Assembly (NCBI GenBank): GCA_024277115.1
Contig: JAJRVW010000119.1
Location: 365-64,364 of the forward strand
Direction of reading: 5' to 3'
Source of the DNA: Calditrichota bacterium
Lineage (GTDB): Bacteria > Calditrichota > Calditrichia > Calditrichales > J004
DNA length: 64,000 bases
The position numbers and the translations under genes are program-made. The notes below the pieces were generated by a model. The model worked only from the letters and a program-made list of their open reading frames with translations. It had not been told where the DNA came from and made no database searches. Below are positions 52,495 to 62,703 of the stretch, one piece after another. Each line of letters starts with the position of its first letter. Position 1 is the first letter of the stretch.

Positions 52495-53160
52495 ATGGAG
52501 GCTTTAATGCATCACAATAAATTTGATGCTTCTGAAATATTTGGCGCGAGCCGTTTAAACAGGCATTTTCTCGGCCTTTTTAAAAAGAAAAAAGTACGTG
52601 TCCGGCCGGGCGCTTTAACGCCAGAGGAATTAAAGACGATTGTGAACCAAATCGGAAAAAACAAAAAAGTCAATATTGTTCGGGTGGAATATGATGGTAC
52701 GCCGGAAGACAAACCCGTCGCAATAAAAATTGCCGATATTCAGGAAGATTATTTTACCGGGGTGATTGTTAACCTGGAACGCAGCATCAAACAAGAAATG
52801 GACCAAAAACTTGTTTTTGTAAAAGGTGGCGGCGGGACAATCGATTTTTATTTTAATGAAGGCGATATCAAAAGCGTAGTCGAAGATATCGATGAGAGTA
52901 TTCTTGAGCCGAAAGACCCGGCCGAGTTGTTGGAAATTTTAGATGCGCTCGATTTGGACGAAGCAATTTTGCTCAGTTTTTATGATCGGGACAAGGGCGG
53001 CGTAATGAATGGCTCCGGCAAGTTGGTCGAGAAAGATGTTGAGAATAAAACATTTAAGGTCGAGTTAAACCTTATCAACGATATTGAGTTGGATGTGCCA
53101 AAAACAATCCAGCTTGATCTTGACAAGGATACTGTTTTAGACCTTGAAATTGTAATCTAA
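52495..53160 (+). CDS. Hypothetical acidic protein
   Basis: 221-aa ORF followed by a terminator; no recognised domain. Confidence 0.7.
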   Translation: MEALMHHNKFDASEIFGASRLNRHFLGLFKKKKVRVRPGALTPEELKTIVNQIGKNKKVNIVRVEYDGTPEDKPVAIKIADIQEDYFTGVIVNLERSIKQEMDQKLVFVKGGGGTIDFYFNEGDIKSVVEDIDESILEPKDPAELLEILDALDLDEAILLSFYDRDKGGVMNGSGKLVEKDVENKTFKVELNLINDIELDVPKTIQLDLDKDTVLDLEIVI

Positions 53161-53186
53161 GCGAATACGGCAACAATTTTTTTGAT

Positions 53187-53225
53187 AATGCCCGGTAATT
53201 AATTTGCCGGGCATTTTTTATTTTT
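53187..53225 (+). terminator. Rho-independent terminator
   Basis: AATGCCCGGTAA/TTGCCGGGCATT stem plus T-run. Confidence 0.75.
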
Positions 53226-53356
53226 AAGAACCGAGAATATTATGTCACTTTCCATTGTTAAAACAATCCAATAAGTAAAAATTATCATTTTTGAACGCAT
53301 TACCCGATACTGCAACTTTATATATTTTAAATTAAAATTTTGTACAGGAGAAAAAC

Positions 53357-54397
53357 ATGCCATCAAAACAAGAAATTGTTGATCAACTAAAAGAAGTAAG
53401 CTACCCGGGCTTTACACGTGATATTGTCTCTTTTGGTGTTGTAAGCGATGTCGTTATCGACGGCAACAACATTGCGGTAATTATAAACCTTAAAAGCCAG
53501 GACCCTAAAATTGCCGAACAGGTAAAAAAAGATGTGGAAGCCCACCTGAAAGATAAAAACAACGATATGACGATTGAAGCAAAAGTGAGCCTGCAACAAG
53601 CCGCCCCTGCAGCCGGCGGTGTCCAGCAGATGTCCCTCTTAAAAGATGTAAAATATAAGGTGGCCGTAGCCAGTGGTAAAGGCGGTGTTGGTAAATCGAC
53701 CGTGGCGGTTAACCTGGCCGTGGCAATGGCTAAGCAAGGATTAAAGGTTGGATTGTTGGACGCGGATATTTATGGTCCAAGCATTCCTTTGATGTTGGGC
53801 GTTACCGAACAACCAAAATTTGATGGTGAAAAATTAATCCCAATTGAAAAGTTTGGTGTAAAACTAATGTCTCTTGGGTTTCTCGTGGATAGTAATGATC
53901 CTGTAATTTGGCGTGGCGCCTTGGTTACGCGGGCATTGCAACAATTAATGACCGATGTAAAATGGGGCGATTTGGATGTGATGCTTTTTGATATGCCTCC
54001 GGGAACAGGCGATGCACAGTTGACTTTATCACAAAGTGTGGCATTAGATGGTGCAATAATTGTTTCAACACCGCAGGATGTGGCGCTGGCCGATGCTGTT
54101 AAAGGGGTCCAGATGTTCCGAAAAGTAAACGTACCAATCTTAGGCGTAATTGAAAATATGAGTTATTTTGTTTGCGCCCATTGTGGTGGCCGGCATGAGA
54201 TTTTTGACCATGGCGGTGTTGAACGTGAATGCAAACGAATTGGCGCGGACCTGCTTGGCGAAATCCCTCTTGATGCTGAAATCCGTATTGGTGGCGATAA
54301 AGGTATCCCTGTTGTGTCGGATAGCGAGAACAAACCGCAGGCCATTGCTTTTCAGGAAGTAGCCAAAAAAGTAAGTGAAAAACTGAATAATAATTAA
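53357..54397 (+). CDS. mrp: Mrp/ApbC Fe-S cluster carrier ATPase
   Basis: DUF59 N-terminus, SGKGGVGKST, DADIYGPS, DMPPGTGD, ENMSYFVCAHC. Confidence 0.95.
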   Translation: MPSKQEIVDQLKEVSYPGFTRDIVSFGVVSDVVIDGNNIAVIINLKSQDPKIAEQVKKDVEAHLKDKNNDMTIEAKVSLQQAAPAAGGVQQMSLLKDVKYKVAVASGKGGVGKSTVAVNLAVAMAKQGLKVGLLDADIYGPSIPLMLGVTEQPKFDGEKLIPIEKFGVKLMSLGFLVDSNDPVIWRGALVTRALQQLMTDVKWGDLDVMLFDMPPGTGDAQLTLSQSVALDGAIIVSTPQDVALADAVKGVQMFRKVNVPILGVIENMSYFVCAHCGGRHEIFDHGGVERECKRIGADLLGEIPLDAEIRIGGDKGIPVVSDSENKPQAIAFQEVAKKVSEKLNNN

Positions 54398-54403
54398 TTT
54401 CAA

Positions 54404-54436
54404 AGCCTTCCGGGTTCTCCCGGAGGGCTGATTTTT
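54404..54436 (+). terminator. Rho-independent terminator
   Basis: AGCCTTCCGGG/CCCGGAGGGCT stem plus GATTTTT. Confidence 0.65.
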
Positions 54437-54637
54437 CCTCCGCTTTGCATACCTTTTTTTACAAATCGATTATATCGTTTCAACGAAAAATTAAAATCAA
54501 AAGAATAATTATAACACGAATAAAATAAAACTTTCTGCCCTCATTTTTAAGACTGATAACTTTCCACGCCTTTAGTTGATATAATTAAAAATATAGACCC
54601 GCCTGCCCGATACCTAAAGTTAATTATAAATTAACCT

Positions 54638-55510
54638 ATGGTTTCCCATTTTATGAAAATTATAAGCTTACTTCTTTTTGTCTTCCTTTTTAGTGCATGC
54701 AGCGTTCTATCGGTTTTTGTAGATAGAGATACGGACAAAAAAGATAATCAAAATAATTTATCGATTAGCTACCCGGAAATTGAAGGTATGGTTTATGTGC
54801 CCGGTGGATGGTTTAAGATGGGTTCAAAGATGAGGGCAGACGAATCGCCAGTGCGAAAGGTTTTTATTGAAGGTATTTATATGGACCGAACAGAAGTAAC
54901 CGTGGCCGAATATCGGAAATTTGCCAAGGCGACCAAAAGAAAAATGCCCAAACAACCCGATTGGAATTTAGAAAATCATCCGGTAGTTAATGTTACCTGG
55001 CAAGACGCCAATGCCTATGCGCGTTGGGTTGGAAAGCGTTTGCCAACAGAGGCCGAGTGGGAATATGTGGCCCGGGGCGGTAGTAAAAATTTTAGATATG
55101 TTTATCAGAATAATAACCAGTATGGAAAAAATTATGAAAACATCGCAGATGAATCTATGCGTACTTATAAATATCATTTTCCGGTTGTAAGTGGTTATGA
55201 CGATGGTTATATCTTTACCGCGCCTGTTGGGATATTTGCCCCCAATGTATTTGGCGTACACGATATGAATGGCAATGTACTTGAATGGTGTTCGGACTGG
55301 TACTCTGATAAAAATATAAAAGGTGAACAAAAAAATCCGGTGGGCCCCGCTTCAGGAAACTATAAAGTTATCCGGGGTGCATCGTGGAACCGCAGTGGAA
55401 ATTATATGCGTGCTACTTACAGGACCTACTACACCATGAGCGTACGGTTTGATTTTATTGGATTCCGTTGCGCAAAAAATGCCGAGCTCCCAATTACTCA
55501 GGTAAATTAG
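54638..55510 (+). CDS. FGE-sulfatase (SUMF1) domain lipoprotein
   Basis: Lipobox FSAC, RLPTEAEWEY, DMNGNVLEW, GFRC; no FGE catalytic CxxxxC. Confidence 0.88.
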   Translation: MVSHFMKIISLLLFVFLFSACSVLSVFVDRDTDKKDNQNNLSISYPEIEGMVYVPGGWFKMGSKMRADESPVRKVFIEGIYMDRTEVTVAEYRKFAKATKRKMPKQPDWNLENHPVVNVTWQDANAYARWVGKRLPTEAEWEYVARGGSKNFRYVYQNNNQYGKNYENIADESMRTYKYHFPVVSGYDDGYIFTAPVGIFAPNVFGVHDMNGNVLEWCSDWYSDKNIKGEQKNPVGPASGNYKVIRGASWNRSGNYMRATYRTYYTMSVRFDFIGFRCAKNAELPITQVN

Positions 55511-55679
55511 TCTTTATATCGCGATCTGATTAAATACATTCCTCTTGTAAATTAATTGTATTGATTTTAACTAAAAAACCTGTCTCTCCCATTTACTTAC
55601 TTTTTTGTAGGTTTGATCCTTGATAATATTATTATTTTCTTAAATTAACAGAACTAATTATAATTTATAAAAGGAAAAT

Positions 55680-58517
55680 ATGTCCAGGTTTATCCTCCTC
55701 ATTTTAATATTGGCTTCAAGTCAGCTTTTTGCAGAAGAAGGCTGGAGTTTTTTAAATACGGGTCGTATTGGTGCTGCCCGGTTTTTAAAAGAACGCCCAA
55801 ATGCCGACGGAAAAAATACAATCATTTTTATAATGGATAGTGGTGTAGACCCCGGTGTGGCCGGCCTGAAATCCTTGCCCAATGGCAGCCCAAAAGTGAT
55901 TGATGTGCATGATTTTAGCGGCGAAGGCGATGTGTATCTTGAAGAAGCCGAAAAAGGCGAAGAGAACGACGAGTATTTTCTTACAACGGGCTACGGGTAT
56001 AAATTGTTCGGTTATAAGCTACTTAAAGAAGAACCGGTCGACAGCCTTTATCTGATCGGTGTGTTGGAGGAGCGGAATTTTTTAAATACAAAGGTGCGTG
56101 ATATAAACGCCAATGGAAAAACAGATGACCGCTTTGGTGTGATCCTTTTTAAAAATAATAATAATAAATGGGTTGCCTATGTTGACCTTGATGCGGATGG
56201 AAATATCTCCGATGAAAAACCACAAATAGATTATTCAGAAAATAAACAGGTTTTACAATTTCGTGGTTATGATAAAAAATATGACTATCTCCCCTTAAAT
56301 ATGGCATTGAAAATATTTCCGGATGAAGAGAAAGTAAATTTTCATTTTGATGGTACTGGGCATGGAACACATGTGGCGGGGATTGCCGCCGGGTATAAAA
56401 TAAATGGCCTTGAAACCCTAAATGGCATTGCGCCGGGCGCTAAAATAATCAGTTTAAAAATTGGCATGACCCGTTTTAAAGGGGCCGGCACGGTGACAGG
56501 AAGTATGCGCTCGGCTTACGAGTTTGTTGCCGGGTATGTTCAAAACAATGATACGCCTGTTGTAATAAATATGAGTTATGGCATCACCTCGGTGGCCGAG
56601 GGTTTCTCGGATATGGAGGGTTTTCTAAATGATTATCTCGCAGAGAACCCAAATATTGTTGTTTGCCTGAGCGCTGGAAATGAGGGGCCGGGGATATCAT
56701 CGGTAGGCCTGCCCGCGGCAGCTTCTTCAGCCATTAGTGTTGGCGCTTTAAACACGGTGCAGAATGCAAAGGACCTTTATGGCGGAAATATTAAATCAGA
56801 TAAAATTTTTATTTTTAGCTCCCGTGGTGGTGAGGTAAATAAGCCGGAGATTATTGCGCCAGGCGCCGCTTCTTCTACCATTCCACCGTTTTCTTCATCG
56901 GAAGTAAAGTGGGGGACTAGTATGGCATCGCCACAGGTGAGTGGCGCGGTTTCTGTACTGCTCTCTGCCTTGGGCGAGGAGTTTCCAAATAATAGGGCCG
57001 ATGCTTTTATGGTGAAAAGGGCATTGCTCAACTCTGCTGTGCCGGTGCCGGGTTATTCGGTTCTGGATCAGGGTAATGGCGTGGTTAATATTCCGGATGC
57101 TTACACGCTTTTAAAAAAATATGTGCAAAAAGACGAGGCAATCACAGGTTTTGAAGTGAGTACAATCAGCCCTGCTTTTGATGATGGCTATGGCCCGGCT
57201 GTTTACTGGCGGCATGGATTGGCACATCCGACGAAAGAGAAAAAACAGACAATTTATATAAATGCCCAATTTAAGGAAGGTCTTTCTGTTGAGCGGAAAA
57301 GAGGGTTTTATCGGGCTTTTAAATTATCATCGGGCGCTGACTGGTTAAAGGTTAAGCAGGGTAGTGTCTATTTAAAAGGTGAGGCACCGGCTGAAATCGA
57401 GGTATATTGTGACGAAGAAAAAATTAAAAAACCGGGTCTGTACTCAACCTATATTTATGGTTTTGAAAAAAGCAGTTTTCTTAGCTCCAAATCGGATGTG
57501 AATAAACAATTCCAGATTTTATGCACGGTTATAATCCCAGAGACAGTCGATGAAAATGTGGCGTTGTCCATCCATAAATCCAAAATTAAACTTAGTCCCG
57601 GCGATATTCATCGTGTGTTTGTTTTAGTCCCAAACAGTAGCTCTGCCATGAGTTTGCGTGTAAAACAGAACGGGCGGGAATATGGCAACCTGCGGATATA
57701 TGCTTTTAATCAGCAAGGGAGTGAGGGGGCAAAAACTTTATATTGGGATGCGCAAAAATCAGGTGAAGCATTACGCCGGATCACCACCGATGAGCTGACG
57801 CCCGGCACATGGGAATTTGTATTTTACGCGCCTTTTACAAATATAAAAATGTCTCTTTTTGATTTTGAGATCAGCTTTTCGGGATTGGAAATCCTGCAAA
57901 AAGAGATTTCACGATTTAGAATCCGAAACGGGGAAAACCCCACGGGCACGTTCTCGGCAATCAACCATTTTGGACAAACCCTAAACGGTAAAGTTGGTGG
58001 ACGCATTCGAGGCGTACAAAAAAGTTTTTCGTTGAGGGAAGAGTATGGCAGCTATCAGCACGCGTTTAACGTGGGGGATTTATACCGATCGGTCGAGTTT
58101 GAATTTGACATGTCCAAATCGGTTTATAATAAACTGACTGATTTTACCATAAATATTAAAAATACGAACGGCAAAGTTTTAAAAACTGTTGGGATAGACG
58201 GCACGCATACAAAAGTTACTTTTATCCCACCCTCATCGGATAGTTACACGCTTGAGCTCGTACCGGCCTTTACTTACGAAGGCCAAAGCTGGAACATACA
58301 AATCAAAGAATCTTTTTTCTATTTCAGGCAGCCAGCTGTTACGAGCCGACGGGTAGACTTTTATCCTTTTACAAAAAAGAAGGTTTATTTCTCATTGGAT
58401 AGCCCGATTAATGTTGCGCCGGACGGCTTTCACCTTTTTGGTGAAATTTGGATCGACAGCCTGGACAAAAATAAAATACGTACCATGGTTCCAATTAAGA
58501 TGGATTCAAGTCTTTAA
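55680..58517 (+). CDS. Secreted S8 peptidase, tripeptidyl-peptidase II-like
   Basis: DSGVDPGVAGL...KVIDVHDFSGEGDV, long D-H insert, HGTHVAGIAAG, SAGNEGPG, GTSMASP. Confidence 0.85.
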   Translation: MSRFILLILILASSQLFAEEGWSFLNTGRIGAARFLKERPNADGKNTIIFIMDSGVDPGVAGLKSLPNGSPKVIDVHDFSGEGDVYLEEAEKGEENDEYFLTTGYGYKLFGYKLLKEEPVDSLYLIGVLEERNFLNTKVRDINANGKTDDRFGVILFKNNNNKWVAYVDLDADGNISDEKPQIDYSENKQVLQFRGYDKKYDYLPLNMALKIFPDEEKVNFHFDGTGHGTHVAGIAAGYKINGLETLNGIAPGAKIISLKIGMTRFKGAGTVTGSMRSAYEFVAGYVQNNDTPVVINMSYGITSVAEGFSDMEGFLNDYLAENPNIVVCLSAGNEGPGISSVGLPAAASSAISVGALNTVQNAKDLYGGNIKSDKIFIFSSRGGEVNKPEIIAPGAASSTIPPFSSSEVKWGTSMASPQVSGAVSVLLSALGEEFPNNRADAFMVKRALLNSAVPVPGYSVLDQGNGVVNIPDAYTLLKKYVQKDEAITGFEVSTISPAFDDGYGPAVYWRHGLAHPTKEKKQTIYINAQFKEGLSVERKRGFYRAFKLSSGADWLKVKQGSVYLKGEAPAEIEVYCDEEKIKKPGLYSTYIYGFEKSSFLSSKSDVNKQFQILCTVIIPETVDENVALSIHKSKIKLSPGDIHRVFVLVPNSSSAMSLRVKQNGREYGNLRIYAFNQQGSEGAKTLYWDAQKSGEALRRITTDELTPGTWEFVFYAPFTNIKMSLFDFEISFSGLEILQKEISRFRIRNGENPTGTFSAINHFGQTLNGKVGGRIRGVQKSFSLREEYGSYQHAFNVGDLYRSVEFEFDMSKSVYNKLTDFTINIKNTNGKVLKTVGIDGTHTKVTFIPPSSDSYTLELVPAFTYEGQSWNIQIKESFFYFRQPAVTSRRVDFYPFTKKKVYFSLDSPINVAPDGFHLFGEIWIDSLDKNKIRTMVPIKMDSSL

Positions 58518-58545
58518 TAATTTCTAAAAATTAATCAGGTAAAAG

Positions 58546-59118
58546 ATGAACTCAACTACTAAAAGATTATTTCTATTTTTTTTCATACTCCTTCTTGCTT
58601 CATGTGCCATTTTAAATCCTAAAAAAGAGGTCGTTCATGATCCGGGAGATATAGTTAGATGGACTGAAAATTATAAACTTACCTGGGATGATTTTAAAGC
58701 TACACCCATTAAAGGGGCACAACACACATCAGAGATATACATATATCTTAGTGCAGAGTACAACAGGCCTGCATTATTTTTACCGGGAGAACCAATAGTT
58801 GAATGTTATATGGATAAAAATTCTTCCTGGGTGGTAAAGTCAAGCGCATCAAAAACTATACTGTTTTATCACCAGACTATTTTTGATATTTATGAACTGT
58901 ATGCACGCAAACTGAGAAAAAAGCTGGCAGAAAAAAATTTGGGAATAGTTGACCCAATGGGTGTATTCAATAGCATTTATAAGACAAACAATAATGCTTT
59001 AAATAAGGAAATTAATACATTTCGCACAGAGTCAAAGATGGGTACTGATTTCGATATAATGAAATTATGGTCAGAGAAAACAATCAAGAAAATTTTGGCT
59101 TTAGACGGTTACAGGTAA
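58546..59118 (+). CDS. Hypothetical lipoprotein (DUF922-like)
   Basis: Lipobox LASC; W...KLTWDDFK...FDIYELYARKLR. Confidence 0.65.
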   Translation: MNSTTKRLFLFFFILLLASCAILNPKKEVVHDPGDIVRWTENYKLTWDDFKATPIKGAQHTSEIYIYLSAEYNRPALFLPGEPIVECYMDKNSSWVVKSSASKTILFYHQTIFDIYELYARKLRKKLAEKNLGIVDPMGVFNSIYKTNNNALNKEINTFRTESKMGTDFDIMKLWSEKTIKKILALDGYR

Positions 59119-59221
59119 TAATATTTTGATATTTCATGTAAAAAATGTGGGATGGTAAAATTAAAATAAGTAATTTCATCATTAACTCGTAGTTGCACTA
59201 AATTTTGATAAATAGGATGAA

Positions 59222-59910
59222 GTGTTCGTGGAATTTATTGGCTTAAGCGCCCTAATAGCTTTATTTGGCCTGGATCAAAACACGCTTTTCAGCTTGCCCT
59301 TTCCCAACCGTTAATATTGTGCTCTGCCATTGGTTTGTTTTTGGGCGATTTCCAAACGGCGATTTATTTTGGGTTGTTTGTGCAGCTTATCTGGTTGGGC
59401 AACCTGCCTGTGGGTGCATCCATCACCCCCGAGGGTAACCTGGCTTCGGCCATCGGCTGCGTCCTTTATGTTCAATTTAACGAGAGTTACATTGCGTTTG
59501 GACAATTATTGTTGCTAATCGTTTTTTTCTATACAATTATTGTCAGTTATTTTGGCGGCCAGTTGGATGTGGCAATGCGTAAGTTTAACATCCGGCTTTT
59601 TAATTACACAATAAGCAGTATTAATGATCAAAAAAAAGCAAATGTAGGCAAGATTGCATTTTTGGCGTTATTATTACAATACAGTGTCCTCTTTATTTTT
59701 ATTCTTTTAACAATACACGCCGGCAACCTGCTGTTTTCAAACATTTCCGATTTTTTTTCAGAGGAATATACGCCGCTTTGGCAATACACAAATGTAGCGA
59801 TTGTTGGCGTTGGTGTTGGTATGGTGATGAGTGTTTACAAAGGACGGGACTTAAAAAAAATTATTTTGGCCGTGAGTATATTTGGCCTTATTCTTTTTAA
59901 GATAATATAA
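59222..59910 (+). pseudogene. PTS mannose-family IIC, 1-bp frameshift at the A-run 59277-59280
   Basis: GTG-FVEFIGLSALIALFGLDQ in one frame continues as HAFQLALSQPLILCSAIG...QLIWLGNLPVGASITP in the other. Confidence 0.78.
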
Positions 59911-59911
59911 A

Positions 59912-60673
59912 ATGCGGCGATACCTGACATATATCAAAATATTTTTACGTTCCTTTTTTGTCCAGAGTGGCTGGAACTACAAAAGCATGCTGTCCATAGG
60001 GTTTTGTTTTGCCCTTCTTCCTGTGGCCAAAAAGCTTTATAAAAATGATATTGTAAAATACAACCAGTTTGTACGAAGGCATCTCGGATTTTTTAATGCC
60101 CATCCATATTTTACCGCCTATGCCTTAGGGGCAATTACCCGCTTGGAAGAAGATGTAGCCCGGAACAAAGGTTCGGAAGTTCAGGTGGAACGGTTTAAAA
60201 ATGCTTTGATTGGGCCTTTTGGCGCATTGGGTGATCAAATATTTTGGGCGACAGTAAAACCGGCAACGTTCACTTTGGGAGTCCTTGCTTTTTTACTGGT
60301 AGAAAGTTTTAGCGCCCGTTTGACTTTTTTAATGCTTTTAGGTATTCTTTACAATCTACCTCACCTGTATGTTCGGATTTTTGGTATGCTTCAGGGCTAT
60401 CAACAGGGATTTTCGATTTGTAAACATCTTAAAATAGACAATTTTAAATTTATTAAAAAAACCTATTTAATAGTGGGGATTTTATCCATATGTCTTGTAG
60501 TTGGCTACATCGGGACTTTTTGGGTAGGTAATGATCTTTTTGCCATGCTGGTTTTTGTTAGCAGCATTATTGTGTCAGTATATTTAAAATCGAAGAAGGC
60601 GAAAACATACCTGGCTATGCTTCTCCCTCTCTTAATAGCCATAATTGTTGGATTAATAAAAAGCAGGATATGA
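59912..60673 (+). CDS. PTS mannose-family IID
   Basis: RSFFVQSGWNY, RHLGFFNAHPY, GPFGALGDQIFW. Confidence 0.9.
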   Translation: MRRYLTYIKIFLRSFFVQSGWNYKSMLSIGFCFALLPVAKKLYKNDIVKYNQFVRRHLGFFNAHPYFTAYALGAITRLEEDVARNKGSEVQVERFKNALIGPFGALGDQIFWATVKPATFTLGVLAFLLVESFSARLTFLMLLGILYNLPHLYVRIFGMLQGYQQGFSICKHLKIDNFKFIKKTYLIVGILSICLVVGYIGTFWVGNDLFAMLVFVSSIIVSVYLKSKKAKTYLAMLLPLLIAIIVGLIKSRI

Positions 60674-60936
60674 TAGAAGAAACTTTAAAAATAACAAATA
60701 AACACGGCTTGCATGCCCGGCCGGCGGCACATCTGGTTAAAATTGCCGGAAAGTTTAAATCGGAAGTAAAAATATTTAAAGATGGGCTAGAGGTAAATGC
60801 CAAAAGCATTATGGGTGTTATGATGCTGGCAGCGGAGCCCGGAAGCGATGTATTGGTGCATATTGATGGTGAGGACGAAAAGGAAGCTTTTATAGAAATT
60901 AAAGAATTATTTGACAATAAATTTAATGAAGAATAA
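60670..60936 (+). CDS. ptsH: Phosphocarrier protein HPr
   Basis: GLHARPAA, NAKSIMGVMML. Confidence 0.96.
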   Translation: MIEETLKITNKHGLHARPAAHLVKIAGKFKSEVKIFKDGLEVNAKSIMGVMMLAAEPGSDVLVHIDGEDEKEAFIEIKELFDNKFNEE

Positions 60937-62701
60937 AGAGAGCACAAAGCAAATAATCATTAAGGGGCTTGCCACAGCCCCGGGAATTGCTGTTGGTTCC
61001 GCTTATGTCTTTAAACCATTTGCCATTAACCTGACGGAGCTAGATTCGGTAGCGCCTTCTGCAGAAGAAGAGTGCGAGCAATTTAAAACTGCGCGGGCCA
61101 AGGTTTTAGAGCAGTTAAAATTTGCCTCCAAACAAAGTTTAGAGTCTTATGGTGATGAATTCTCGGACATATTTGATAGCCAAATTGCCTTTTTAAAAGA
61201 CACCCTCTTGCTCGAAGAAATAAGCGCTAAAATTTACGAGTCTAATCAATCGGCCGCTTACGCTGTTACCGCAGTCCTTTCGCAAAAAAGTAACCACTTT
61301 ATCAACCTCGAAAACAGATACTTCCGCGAGCGTGCTTTTGATATAATCGACCTCAAACAAAAACTTCTCATGGCCCTGTTCGGGATTAAAATAGATTATC
61401 ATCTTACGGCCCCATCAATCATTATCTCCGAGAACCTTTCACCAACCGATACAGTCAATTTTAACCGGAACTTAATCCTTGGTTTTTTAACGGACCAGGG
61501 AGGGAAAACGTCGCATTCGGCGATCCTGGCGCGGGGTTTGAAAATTCCATCGGTCGTAAATGGTAAGGGGCTTTCCAAGGTCATTAAAAATGGCGATGAA
61601 ATAATCCTGGATGGTTTTGAGGGGACGATCGTCATTAACCCGGAGCCTGAAACACGGGGGCGCTATCTTGAACTAAAAGAAAATTATGGGCAGCGGCAGG
61701 CCGTGCTTGTTGCAGAGAATGTTAAAGAGGCGGTCACCAAAGATAATACTAAGATAAATTTGCTGGCCAATATCGAATTTGCCCACGAGCTTTCGGAAGT
61801 TACAGGGTATGATGCAGACGGTATCGGGCTTTTCCGGACAGAGGCTTTATTTATCGAAAACAATTCTGTACCGTCTGAGCAAGAACAATTTAAAATCTAT
61901 AAAAAAATAGCCAAAAGCTTAGAGAAAGGTTTTTTTGTAATTCGTACCATTGACCTTGGTGGGGATAAATTGCTTGAAGGGTTGACCGATGCCGAAGAGT
62001 CCAATCCTTTTTTAGGTTGGCGTGCCATCCGTTTTTGCCTGGATAACCCGCAAATATTTAAGCCGCAGTTACGGGCAATTTTACGCGCTTCGGCACATGG
62101 CAATGTGCGTATTCTTTTACCCATGATAAGTTCTATCTCAGAAATATTACAGGTAAAAGAATTGCTAAGCGAAACCAGGCACGAGTTGCAAACAAAAGGG
62201 TTTAAAATCCCATCCAAAGTAGAATTGGGTGTGATGATCGAAACACCGTCCGCCGCAATCATGGCGCCGACAATCGGGAAATATGTAGATTTTTTAAGCA
62301 TCGGGAGTAATGACCTGACCCAGTACACATTGGCTGTTGACCGGACTAATTCAAAGGTTGCCCATAGTTACAGTTCTTTCGATCCCGCAGTGATCCGGCT
62401 TATGCACTCTGCGACGAATGCGGGGATTGCCAATAATATTCCTGTTTCAATTTGTGGCGAGTTTGCCAGTGTGCCATCTGCCGTGCCGCTTCTTTTAGCC
62501 ATGGGCCTGCGTAGCCTCAGCGTTACACCGCATTTTATTCCGCGTATAAAAAAAATTATTCGCTCGGTTCATATTAAGTCTTGTATTAAATTATATGATA
62601 AAATTCAGACACTGCATTCAGCATCAGAAATTGAACATGAATGTGATGAATTTATCCAAACACATGTTCCGGAATTATCTATTTCAAAGGAGGATATTTA
62701 G
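60926..62701 (+). CDS. ptsI: PTS enzyme I
   Basis: GGKTSHSAILAR, GLFRTE, NPFLGWRAIR, SIGSNDLTQY, CGE; likely start ATG 60926. Confidence 0.95.
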   Translation: MKNKESTKQIIIKGLATAPGIAVGSAYVFKPFAINLTELDSVAPSAEEECEQFKTARAKVLEQLKFASKQSLESYGDEFSDIFDSQIAFLKDTLLLEEISAKIYESNQSAAYAVTAVLSQKSNHFINLENRYFRERAFDIIDLKQKLLMALFGIKIDYHLTAPSIIISENLSPTDTVNFNRNLILGFLTDQGGKTSHSAILARGLKIPSVVNGKGLSKVIKNGDEIILDGFEGTIVINPEPETRGRYLELKENYGQRQAVLVAENVKEAVTKDNTKINLLANIEFAHELSEVTGYDADGIGLFRTEALFIENNSVPSEQEQFKIYKKIAKSLEKGFFVIRTIDLGGDKLLEGLTDAEESNPFLGWRAIRFCLDNPQIFKPQLRAILRASAHGNVRILLPMISSISEILQVKELLSETRHELQTKGFKIPSKVELGVMIETPSAAIMAPTIGKYVDFLSIGSNDLTQYTLAVDRTNSKVAHSYSSFDPAVIRLMHSATNAGIANNIPVSICGEFASVPSAVPLLLAMGLRSLSVTPHFIPRIKKIIRSVHIKSCIKLYDKIQTLHSASEIEHECDEFIQTHVPELSISKEDI

Positions 62702-62703
62702 CT

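Noticed and set aside
54638-55510. Formylglycine-generating enzyme or gliding protein GldK/GldJ
   Set aside because: Lacks the FGE catalytic cysteines and the large GldK/J insertions; only a generic SUMF1-domain call is supported.
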